From the NCBI GenBank assembly GCA_023515725.1, contig JALDTO010000179.1, forward strand, positions 392,053-456,052: a stretch of DNA of 64,000 bases. Direction: 5' to 3'. The translations under genes and the position numbers were made by a program. Under the pieces are notes generated by a model. That model was not told the DNA's origin. It ran no database searches and worked only from the letters and a program-made list of their open reading frames with translations. Below, in pieces: positions 40,940 to 52,189 of the stretch. The DNA comes from Amoeboaphelidium protococcarum X5. Lineage: Eukaryota; Fungi; Aphelidiomycota. Each line of letters starts with the position of its first letter. Positions within the stretch are counted from its first letter, which is position 1.

Positions 40940-41227
40940 TTCTATCTATCTAAAAATACGCTTCTAAATGATAATTCAAGTATATTACGTATGACTAACA
41001 GACTAATGAAGAAAGAAGGACAAAGGGCTTGGGTCTTTGAGGAGAAACGCGAAAAAATGTCTCAGCGATCAACATTCTCTCTGAACGGACATTCACGGGC
41101 CATTTACAGCATAAGTACTGCGACTGCAGATCTGCTTATTTCTGTTTGCTATAAAAACGGGGACTCTGAAATAGAATGTAAAATATAGTATAGAGCTATA
41201 ATAAACGCGTTTTTATACGTGCTAAAT

Positions 41228-42277
41228 TCATTTCTTGGTCAAAATATTTAAGCGAGGATGATGACGATTGAGGAACGATACGGCGAGTCTGCATACAGAT
41301 CCTCCGTACTTGTGTAAAACCAAGCTTGATACCAGGATGATACTACTCCATACAACAACTCCAGTCCAACCGGTGGTCATATACGTCTTGGCAATGGAAT
41401 ACGAACTGAAACTGAACGGGTATGGCAGGACGGCGTACTTGAAAGACTCCCTCTTCTTGAATTGCTTCAAATAACTATGCGTTAGCTGATTTCTACCAAT
41501 CCAGAAATCTGTACATCCCAACTCTTCCAATCTATACAGGAAAGAGATGGCTGCCAGATCGGACATGGTGAGTTGACTTCCAAACAGACAATGCTGATTA
41601 TGGCCAGTATTCTCACTCAGCTGCCCTTCAATTGCATCAACCACAGCTCTGACACGCTGTTCCAGTTCCATGGCCTACTTTTAATCATTCATGGCGTCTA
41701 GGAGTAGAGCATTCTTCTTCAACTTATCTTTCCATAAACTGGCACCGGTTGCATCACCAACCTTCTAAGCTATGGCCAGCTGTCTATCACACTCTTGCAT
41801 TCTATCCTCTAACTGAGACTTGACCATCTCACGGGTGACCACCGACATTTTGTTCATCCTAGCGTAAGTGAAGACATCCAGAGGAAATTCAATAATGTCC
41901 TTTAGAAATTACTAGTGAGCACTTTTAACCTCAGGACTACCAAACCACGGATGACCTTAACGTTGTTATGCGATCCATTCCAGAATACTTAAAGTGTTGC
42001 CCAGAACTGCAACTGGATCTTGATTGCGTTACTATGAACTTGAACTCCTGTTTCCATCAGCACCATCACTTTTAAATACAACTAAAGTGGGGACAGTAAA
42101 TTTAGGATTATACTTTAGCAGCTCATTGCCTTGCAGTGTCATACCATTGTTCATGTTCACCTCGACGCCTTCATATTTTATATCACACTCGGATAACGCC
42201 AATCTCACCACTCTACTGTAGAACGACGGACCTTAGTGAAATAGCTTGACTTTAAACTCGCCCTTAGACTGTGACAT
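41228..42277 (-). CDS. GDAP1-like glutathione S-transferase-fold protein with C-terminal TM
   Basis: LFHQGPSFYSRVVRLALSE, NPKFTVPTL, long helical insert, CLFGSQLTMSDL..LYRL, C-terminal hydrophobic segment; 350 codons. Confidence 0.75.
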
Positions 42278-42725
42278 GATTCTATATTGATACTGATATG
42301 GGGGGATCAAAATCAAAAGATATGCAATTAGTAAATAGTCTGTGCCCTATTTCTGTGTGTGTGGAAAGAGTATTACTCAGCGCCACTGAGTGAATCGAGA
42401 CGACTCGATTAGGAAGTGAATCACATGAAGGGCGATCAGTCACACATTCTTCACTGCGATTAGGTTGACGCTAGGCTCGAACAATCAACTCGCAACTATG
42501 AGCATCCAACTTCCTCGCTCCTGGCAGTATACATTTGATCAAGTCTAGCTAACTTTTAAACTTTCAGGATAATGGTGTAAACAAAAACTCGGTAAAATGT
42601 GATAAAATATCATGAAATTTTCTTACTAAAATGAATTCACCAATGAAATATTCGTATCATGGAGTTGCAGGAGAGCACTGGGAACGAAGTGGTTAGTACC
42701 AATGCTTTCAATCAGGGACAGTGGG

Positions 42726-44245
42726 TCACTTGGAAGACGCTCCGATAGTCTCAACGTGAAAGCCCAGCTCTCTCAACTTGCTAGCGTTCATGATCAAGCG
42801 ACCATCAAACAGGAAAGCTGGTTTGTTCATACTAGAGTACACCTTCTTGTAATCCAGATCCTTAAATTCATCCCATTCAGTGGCAATAACGACGGCATCG
42901 GCATTTTGAGCAGCTTCGTACGCACTGGAACAAATGCTGACAGAAGAATCCAAATCCTACACTTTGTACTCATTCAGTGACGACACGCTACCGTGTTTAC
43001 GCATTGATCCATTCCCACGATCCAGACTAGGCATCAAACTTGGCTCAGACAAATCCATGACGATTTGTGCTCTCTTCACCTTGGGATCATAAATTTTCAC
43101 ATGAGCACCTTCTTGCAACAGAAACTTGGCCAAATAGATAGACGCACTCTCACGGGTGTCGCCAGTGTTCTTCTTAAAAGCAAAACCAAATAGAGCAATA
43201 GTCTTGTTGCTCACAGTGTTGAAGAGACACTTGACAATGCGCTCACAAAATCTACGCTTCTACCACTCATTCATTTCAACAACCTGAGCCCAGTAGTCAG
43301 CGACCTCCTTCAAATTCAAAGATTCGCACAGCCATATGATATTCAGCAGATCTTTAGTGAAACATGATCCACCAAATCCAACAGATGCTTTCAGAAATTT
43401 GTCACCGATACGAGAATCTTTACCAATAGCATATCCAACCTCATCAATACTGGCTCCAGTAGCCTCACACACAGCACTCAGAGCATTGATACTGCTAATT
43501 CTCTGGGCCAGAAAAGCATTGGCAGCTAGTTTAGATAGCTCACTAGACCAGACATTAGTAGTGATTATACGTTCACGTGGAACCCAGTGCGCATAGACTG
43601 AAACCAGCTTCTCTTACGCAGCTAATCCCTCAGCAGTCTACTAAGCACCGATCAACACACGGTCAGGCTTCAGCAAATCAGAGATAGCGGTACCTTCAGC
43701 CAAAAATTCTGGATTAGACAGAATATCGAATCGGATACCAGGCTTACAGTTGGCATCTAAAATAGCACGCATTGACTCTGCAGTGCGGCAAGGGACAGTT
43801 GACTTTTCAATAACAATCTTACTAGTTTTACTCACCTCAGCGATGCGTCTGGTAGCAGATTCAATGTACTTCAGATCGGCAGCCATTCCACCACCATAAC
43901 CAGCCTTCTTTGTCGGAGTATTGACACTGACAAAAATCAAGTCTGCATCCTGAATAGCCTGGTCGACATTGCTGGTAAAGAAGAGATTCTTTCCACGGCA
44001 TTGAAACACAATCTCGTCCAGTCCAGGTTCATAGATGGGCAAATTATTAGAATTCCAGGCGTCGATTCTGGCCTCAGAAATATCGCAAATGGTCACTTGT
44101 ATATCAGGACAATTTAAAGCAATCACAGCACACCTACACTCAAAAAGGATCAATATGATATAATCAATATACACTACAACTACAGCTGGTAAACTTACGT
44201 TGGTCCTCCTACATAACCAGCACCAATACAGCAGATCTTGAGCAT
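42726..44245 (-). CDS. UGDH: UDP-glucose 6-dehydrogenase; intron 44134..44198
   Basis: Splicing restores [21 protein letters not shown]. Also [47 protein letters not shown]. Confidence 0.97.
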
Positions 44246-44780
44246 AGTTTAAGTCATTTATGTTTATAGACCAGGTGTACAGCGGACTATAAGGTACGAA
44301 TTCAACGCAAATCGAGAATAATAATACCAATAAGAGCTCAGAGTGTCTGTAAAAGGAAGAAGGCGGGGAGAGTTGAGAGTATTTATGATCGAAACAGGAA
44401 ATTCTACACGCGATTTACACTGTGGATTACGTCACCTGTGCTCCGTGAAACAATTCCAATCAGGAAGTTTCAAACTGCGACACGCGTGACGCGACTTTCT
44501 GAGCAAGCCCATCATGGTTCATCGCTAACTCTATGCTTTTTTTTGTTGTTTGAGTCTTTCATAGTCATTAAGTGTCTATGAATTTTTCTGATCAGAACAC
44601 CTTTCCTTTTTTAAACTCTTTCTATATATATTTATTAATGAATTAAAGACGACAGAGAGAGAGAGAGAAAAGTTCTTACTGTTTACTATGCGATGGTTCA
44701 ACCGTGTTTCTTTCATTGAGTTTTCGTTCCGAGCATCGTCGATAGTCCGCGTTTATGTTTTCTGGTCAGCAGCATTGGAA

Positions 44781-45662
44781 ATGACTGAAGATCGACATTA
44801 CAGATACATAGTGAAGAGTGCTTTGCTCTTGTAAATTTTAGTAAAGCCTGTGCACCTCTAGCTGGACCGACGAAATGTCAAGTAGTTTGATAGAATATCC
44901 GCGCAGGCTCTGGAAGTGTTGGTTGATTTGTACCTCTTATTCATTCAGCGGATGGGTCTCACTTGTAAACGGTTGTCCGACCTGAGTCATAGATAACTCT
45001 CTTCTATATTAGATATTCGTCATGCACTCACGTCTGTTAATTAAAAGTGTTAGACTTAAACTTTTTTATAATAACAATAATAGTAATATGGACAAGGCGT
45101 TGCTCATAATGCTGTAAGTTCTTCGTCTGAATTGCATAATGCTTTATTTGACTTGGAAGAATTGCTAGACTTTACTGCCGAATTATAAATGTATTCAAAA
45201 GATTAAATAAATTAGATTTTATAGAAAAGTAGCTAATCTGGAAATGATGCTGAATAATCATTGCATGATGTTAATGGTCCTAATCAAAAGTAGCTGATGG
45301 ATGAGAGAGAGCTCACCTCGTTGCAGTAATCATTTGGATTGTGCTGGTTACCAGATATTCCACCAAAGAACGATACTCTCTAGGCTTTGTATGCGAATAC
45401 AGCAGTCAATACCGATTCATAACGCGTGGAACAAGATGGACCTTAGCTATAAGGTAGTTAGAACGTGAGCTAATCGATTTTGAAGAATATTGATAAAAAG
45501 TTGCAAGCTTTACTATTTAACGAAGATGATAGTAATATACAGACAGTCCAAAGTCTATTATAACGCCCATAGATGGACGTGATTGTTCAACATGACGACA
45601 GCGGTCCTTTGCGGCATTTACCACTTTAAAGTGACGCAGCGTCTGGAAATACACAACAATGA
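44781..45662 (+). CDS. Bromo_TP histone-fold protein (TAF8/TAF3-like)
   Basis: FDRISAQALEVLVDLYLLFIQRMGLTCKRLSDLSHR..ILDIRHAL, later WLPDIPP; 294 codons. Confidence 0.7.
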
Positions 45663-45762
45663 ATGAATAAATTAATATTGTAGATAAAGAATTGCATTTC
45701 ACTATTTAATTTCATTTTCACTTATAAACATTTATCTTAAACTAACTATCACTGATTGAAAA

Positions 45763-46137
45763 TCACTGCTTGGAATTTTAAACAGTTCCCACAATGGGAT
45801 ACCTCTTCTTGAAATATTCCATCCAATCATCCAACACTTTCAGTTAATCCACAGTCAACTCGGAGTAATCAGCTTTCACGTCCTCGGGCTTGAGAGAACT
45901 TTTACCAAGAGCACATGACGCATCTTTGCCTGCAAATACATTATAGCCTCTACCCTTTCCATACATCTCCCGCTTGCTACTCACATCGAAGACTATACCC
46001 TTGATCGCCACGTAGATCTTGCCTGTGTCTTGAATTCCATCGTACTTGGCCAATTCATCAACACTAATCTAGTTGTCATACTGTGGTGGAGGAATACTAG
46101 TTGGATCCGGTACTTGAAAAGGTTCTTCTGAAGTCAT
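45763..46137 (-). CDS. Cytochrome b5-like heme/steroid-binding protein (MAPR family)
   Basis: ELAKYDG..IYVAIKGIVFDVS..YG..GYNVFAGKDASCAL..LDDW..YFKKRYPIVG. Confidence 0.92.
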
Positions 46138-46325
46138 ATACTGTAAGTGTCACTGTTATCGATTTGACGAATCAATTTGACGCAAAAAGTAATAGCAAAT
46201 GGAACAACCAAACAAAAGTATGATTGACAAAGCAATTCATTTTAAAAAGAAGTATGGGCGTCGTTCGAGGGAGTTATATTGGAGTTTCTTTAGTCCTCCA
46301 GCCAAAAAAAAACAATTTCAAAAAA

Positions 46326-47111
46326 ATGTCTCAAAAGATTTGGGTATAGCACAAGACAGCAAGTAAGACTTATGGTCCGACCAAAATCACTATCGATGGA
46401 CTCAATGATGTGGATGATCTTATCAAGGATATCAAGAGGGAAACCCAACTCAATATCCCTCGAAACGCGTTAATCACCGTCTATCAAGCTGATGGAAAGA
46501 CTAAAATTGATGTCAGAGATTCCCCCTTCAAGCATTTGGAAGGAAATTCTAGACTTAATCCTCTCTTCGTATAGACTGCCTTAGTTCTGGCATCCAGCCG
46601 TCAAGTAACCATCAGGAGAACGAGTGTAGAGGCTTCTTGCCGCAAATACTTGGATGCCATTGCCAAAAGACTTGCGGATTTTTATGATTTTAGTTATCGG
46701 TTCACCAGTGGCGCGACCATTGGAGACGTGTTAGAAGCTAAGGATGGCGTGGAAGGAGAAGATTGGGACATCCGCAAAGCCAGAAAGACTCGACATCAAG
46801 TGGACGTTGATGGCGACGTTGTTTTGATTAGTAAAGGACAACCATTGACGGAAACAAAACTTCCTGATGTTTATACGGCAGAAGAGTGGGGAAGAATCAG
46901 CAAGTTGAACGAAAAATTATCAGCTCGCGTTCATAACGGCACTTTGTATTCGACTTCAGATGGCAAAGCATTCATTGTCATCCCTCACGCTGAATTCACT
47001 GAAGAAATGATATAGTTCCTTAAAAATATTGGCGTTAAGGCCTCACTGTTTTCCAGTCCTGATGATTTGGAAGTTAAAGATGAATATTTTCTATGTGACT
47101 ATTCATGTTGA
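46326..47111 (+). CDS. Crinkler (CRN)-like protein: ubiquitin-like header + unknown C-terminal domain
   Basis: MSQKIWVQH..GPTKITIDGLNDVDDLIKDIK..ITVY..GNSRLNPLFV resembles CRN header domains of zoosporic fungi; 262 codons. Confidence 0.65.
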
Positions 47112-47417
47112 AGTCTGACTTGATTGATGCTTATGAGCTATATAGCGTGCTAGAATATGATACAGCAGTGCGGGCGAAGAGTAATGATCAATAAAATTGG
47201 AATCATAATAGACATCCCATCTCTAGGAATCATTAAGAATTTGCATTGATTGAATCCGATTGATTTGGTACTTTAGAGGTCTCGTTTGAGTTTTGTCTAG
47301 TTGTCACTGTGACTTGATCGGTGGAATGCAATGACGCGCTGGTGAGAGCTACAAAGCCGTGACTAAACTCATTGCGACATTTGCAATATCCTACTGTAAA
47401 TTTCAAGATTGCGAATA

Positions 47418-48801
47418 ATGCTGTGGTTAATATGTGCAGTGTGTGTTATGACATTGAATGTCATAGACTCCGCCAGAATATTTGAGTGTGACAATGTGGC
47501 ACTCTCCCTGTTGAATGGTATACTTCCTGATATTGTTTCGGTCAAGATTGCTGACATGGCCTTCTTATTGCTGCCTGATGAAATCGCGAATTTCGCTGCA
47601 CCCGCTATGTCTCTATTGAAACAATGCACTCTGCATGAAGACGTGAAAATGCGCGCCTACTCTTCTAATAATGTTACAGTTCAAAAAGATCCTCCCAACT
47701 GGCCTCTTCGCGCAATTGATACTAGACAGCAAGAGCTTACTGCGGACTATACATTTCCGGAATCAGCGGGTAATGGTTCTTACATTTACATAGTTGACTC
47801 AGGTATAACCACCAACCACGTTGAATTTCTATCACCAAACAATTGTTCTGAATCTAGAGCTTCATTTGGCGCGTCTTTTATCGCTGATCCATCCAGAGGT
47901 AAGTTGTTTATAGTTTAATATTCACCCAAAATGAGTGCATATTTACCAAATATTAAGTGTAGATGATGTGAATGGACACGGAACTATAGTTGCAGGAATG
48001 GCAATAGGAAATACAGTGGGCGTCGCTAAATAAGCTTAAGCTATTGGAGTGCAAGTTCTGGATCAGAATGGAGAGGCTAACGTATCAGTAATTCTGAGAG
48101 GACTTGAATGGGCCTACGATGACGCAGTATCCCGCAATCTATCTCGAGGATCTGCAGTTATTAATTTGTCGCTGGGTGGCTTTTATAGCAGTGCGTTGAA
48201 TCGCGCCGTTAATCGCATCTCTGACGAGGGAGTTCCCATTGTGGCAGCAGCTGGGAATGAAGGCATATCAGCTTGTCTATTCAGTCCTGCCTCTGCCGGG
48301 GAGGCTATCACTGTGGGAAGTTTCAATCAAGACTTTCGAATATCCACGTTTTCAAATACTGGACGCTGTGTGGATATCTACGCTGGTGGGGAGGACATCT
48401 ACTCGTCAGTTTTTGAGAATGCGCCAATATCTGAACTGTCCGGTATCAGGAAGGTGAGTACGCAGTGTTCTAACGATTCAACTTATATTGAGCAGAGCGG
48501 AACATCATTTTCTGCTCCGGTGGTAAGTGGAATATTGGCAATCTATCAGTCTCATTTTAAAATTAATTAGACAGATGCAATCGATCCTGACAGTTATTCG
48601 TCTGATCTAAAGGAGCTCTTGATTGATCAATCCACTTCTCAACGTCTGGGAAGATCCCAAGTCTAAGTTGCTTACGTATATCCTCCTCAGTTTTAAACTC
48701 CTAATGTATCAAACAGCCAATCCTCTGCCAGTCCAATTTCGCTCCGGAAGTTGCTACCAGTAATCATTGCAATTTCAATTGTCTTGATGAGTGTCAGTTG
48801 A
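47418..48801 (+). CDS. Secreted subtilisin (S8, proteinase K-like) with GPI/TM-like C-terminus; intron 47899..47962
   Basis: Signal peptide, prodomain, catalytic triad YIVDSG / NGHGT (restored by splicing) / SGTSFSAP, AAGN, then Ser-rich spacer and hydrophobic tail LLPVIIAISIVLMSVS. Confidence 0.92.
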
Positions 48802-48902
48802 TCTGAGTTTATCTAGAATATAGTGAGCATCTTAATTAGCAGATCCACGCGTTAGATAATACTTACGCTCTTGTGTATTTTGGTATAAATGCATAATGAA
48901 TA

Positions 48903-49017
48903 TGAATAAACTAGCTTTTATTTCTTTGTCTACTGTCCGTGTTTAATCGTTGCTTCAAACAAAACATTGATTTAGATTCAGGCTCTGAAGGCTGAAACGA
49001 CCCTTACATAAATCATG
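48903..49017 (+). repeat. Degenerate direct repeat, copy A
   Basis: Collinear blocks tgaataaa..tagctttt / ccgtgtttaa / aaacaaa / ttagattcag.c.ctgaagg.tgaa.cg / ccctta..catg are shared with 50387..50555. Confidence 0.65.
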
Positions 49018-50386
49018 TAGTCCTGCTTTCTACCAAAGTAATGGTCAAAAGTACTCGTGTCGTGCTGCGCAGCTCACAAGAACTCGTAATTGGAGCTTTC
49101 GTTCGCGTTCTTTTTTTCCTCCGTTGCAAAGGACGAACAGAAAACGAAAAATATAGTCTGATCCGCCATCCTCTCGAATGCAGCTAAGATCAGTGCAGCT
49201 GTCACAATGGAGGTAAGATATATTGAGAGGCTTTGAGATTTTTAAAAATTATTGGAAGACGACTGAAAGTCTGAAATGGCTCTAGTGAAGGACGATCATG
49301 GTGTCTTTCTGTATGCAAAAGCATTATGCGCGGTAAAAGCAAGAGACACCACAGAATTCCATGGTCCGCATCAATTAGTATCCTTCGTGTCATAGACGGT
49401 TAGGAAGGCGAAATTAATGGTACCTACCCTGCCAATGAGTATGTTCCACCTGAAGACATTGTATCTGGTTCTGATCTTGAAGATGCGACTGTGTGGAATT
49501 CAAGATTAATGATTTACATAATCCTCATGGTGCTTAAGTATCCGCCAAGGGGGGGGGGGGCAGAAATTGAAATTGAAATTGGCCCGCGGGCGATGTCGAA
49601 CGATTGTTGTTAAAGGAGAGATGGGCTAAAATTTCGACGTTGAGGAGACTTTATTTGATAAGTTCGTCGCAGAAAATCTGGAATGGTTTTCTAGAAGAGC
49701 TATATTGTATTGGGCGACTATGATTTACTCAAGGACAAGTCACATGCAAGCGCCAGTAATTCTTCAGCATTATCTCAGTCGCCATGTTTTCCGATAATGC
49801 CGTTCCGAAGCTTGATATGGATGTTTACTTGAAGAATCACATGCCTGCGGAGATTTGAAACGCCATATTTGGTATAATTAGGGATGCTATTTTAAAAGCG
49901 TTTCTTAAAACGATCTTGGTCCAGGATCCTGTGCCTTTCGATTCGCACTAGGCAAAACATGATCTCGAATCGCCTTTGGGCCGGTTTTGGGCCTGATTTC
50001 GCTGTTATTGCTCACCCGTTGACTGAATTGTTAAAAGATGGCGTATCTACTGCTTTAATTTTTGAGTTCAGTGATGAGAAGGATTTTAATTCTAATTCGT
50101 TGAAACCATATTGGTACGCTGAAAATCAAATCAACCGGACACCACGCAATGCTGATTGTTGGTGTCAGGAAACAGGAAATGGTGTTGGATACTTTTAAAG
50201 ATCTTGTGGAGTAAGAAACCGTTCGTTGACTCTGATTACTTGGGGAATCATGCAAAGCTATCGTTCACTTTGTCTAAACTGCACAAGATCGAATTTCCAA
50301 CTAACAGCCATGATCATGTCGAATGCGAAATTCTCGATGTTGAAGAAACATTCGATCCCGAAATGTTGCACCGGTCGTTGTAAGAT

Positions 50387-50555
50387 TGAATAAATGTAGC
50401 TTTTCCATGACTCTCCATATAGTCATCTTTTTACTCTGTAATTCATTTCATTGTCATAAGCCCGTGTTTAAGTGCTCCTTAAACAAACTCTAAACGTATT
50501 GATCTTAGATTCAGCCCCTGAAGGTTGAAGCGGCGGCGCCCACCCTTAAACCATG
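50387..50555 (+). repeat. Degenerate direct repeat, copy B
   Basis: Same blocks in the same order as 48903..49017, with indels. Confidence 0.65.
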
Positions 50556-50607
50556 AGATCATTTTCCTAATAAGTAAAATTTAAACAATATAATCTGGAA
50601 TTTACAT

Positions 50608-51939
50608 ATGAAAACACTTTTGAATTTGACACTAGCTGCTTCCATAATCGTCGGATTGTCCATCAATTCTGTGATTGCTATCAATATTGGCGCGTTGTTT
50701 GGGCGTCATGATATCAATAGCCGCGAATTTGAGAATTTTAGTTAGATGCCATTTGGTTAAAAGGACCTGGTGCTATTTCCATCGTATGGTGTATTGAAGT
50801 ATTAGCTGCCGTGCACTTCTGAACGTGCATGTCCAAGAGTTTACTCTGTGCATGTATAAGCCGTTGCTTTGCAGTATACAGACGAGGCTGGAAATTTTGC
50901 CAGATTCCAATCTTTCGTCGACATTGACAATGATGATTATGGCCCTGATTCTTACCTCCCTCCGCTGGAAAAGACATTGCAGTTCAACAATTTTAAACAC
51001 TTTTTCGCGGATGATCTGAATAACCGCTCTGTCCGCTTAGACTTGAGCTCTAACATCAATGATCGCAAGTCTGTGCGAATACTGAATGCCACCTCTTCCG
51101 TTGCTGATAATCTGGTCGTCTCATACAACACGACAGCTGTTGAGGCAATTACTGGTTAAGATGGATTCATTGAGCTTGATCTTCTAGTAGAAGTAAATGG
51201 ATATTACGATGGATCATAGCTGACTGTCAATGGTGAATTTGAAGGTGTAAGTACCAGTGCTGAATTATTTCTGCACGGTTAGAAAGGCCTTACTGTTGTA
51301 TTTGATGTCGACGAAACTCTTAAGCTTTATGGTAGAGGTTTGGAAGCCATCAAATCTCTCTTATTCCGCAAATACGTCCCCGTACCTGGCGTTGTCCCAC
51401 AGGTCCAGAAATGGTATAATGATAGCATTCCTCGCTCTGGCGATAATTTTAGTATGCCAATGTTCTACTTCTTGAGTGCTGGTCCATGGCCGATGGCATC
51501 TGCTAATCTCGCTTTTGTCAAGAATTTCAGTATTCCGTTTGGTCCTGTCGCTGTAAACAAATTCTCTGTGAATATTGACTCTCCTGCAGAGTTATCCAAG
51601 ACGCTATCTATTGTGAATTCTTAACAATTGAAAACTGACGCGTTCGCAAAGTTGTTCAGAAGAATGCCTAACAGAACTTATATCCTGAGTGGTGACAGCG
51701 TCATGAAGGACCCAGAGTTCTAGACTGGCATTATGTAGAACCCGGAATTTGCTTCGTAAATTGCTATGCAGACTATTCGCATTTCGCCGGCTGTCGGTTG
51801 GATAAAGAATCGTCAAGGTCGCTTCAACAAAGTTCTGAAGGATCTTCCTGAAAGCAAGTATTTGCTGTTTAGGAATATCACTGAAATGTCTCTAATAGAC
51901 ACGCGTCAGATTTTAATTAACAATGGTGCGAACAATTGA
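50608..51939 (+). CDS. Secreted App1-like phosphatidate phosphatase (HAD-like, DUF2183)
   Basis: Signal peptide MKTLLNLTLAASIIVGLSINSVIA; VVFDVDETLK (DxDxT), VPG, FYFLSAGPW, MPNRTYILSGDSVMKDPE; 444 codons. Confidence 0.82.
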
Positions 51940-52189
51940 AAATCTCGTAGAATAGAATATGGTTAGTAAGTACGTAGTTTAAGTTACTTATCTTTTTCAT
52001 AACATTCAGTTGTTGTGCTTATTACACATGACCTGTTCAAAACAAAATACGATCGATCGAAAGGTCAAGTTGACTTCAGAGGGTATTTTTAGACATTTCA
52101 ATATCAAATTAATGACTTGATAAGTGAGGCCCCCGCTTTTCATCATCATTCATAACAACAACTCAAAATAAACACAAACCATCAAGAAA

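Larger units (their letters stand above)
48903..50555 (+). mobile_element. Possible decayed LTR-retrotransposon relic
   Basis: Broken ORFs between degenerate direct repeats. Peptide FGPDFAVIAHPLTELLKDGV (about 49986-50045) resembles the Ty3/gypsy RT-RNaseH connection (RFIPNFA.IAKPLT.LLKK). G12 run at 49549-49560. Confidence 0.4.

Noticed and set aside
42300-42700. Possible ncRNA or suppressor tRNA-Gln in intergenic DNA (also 3050-3450)
   Set aside because: No cloverleaf, box A/B or snRNA motif visible by eye. tRNAscan-SE/Infernal would be needed.
43641-44330. Track ORF with a long hydrophobic N-terminus on UGDH
   Set aside because: Artefact of reading through the 65-nt intron. The true start is 44245.
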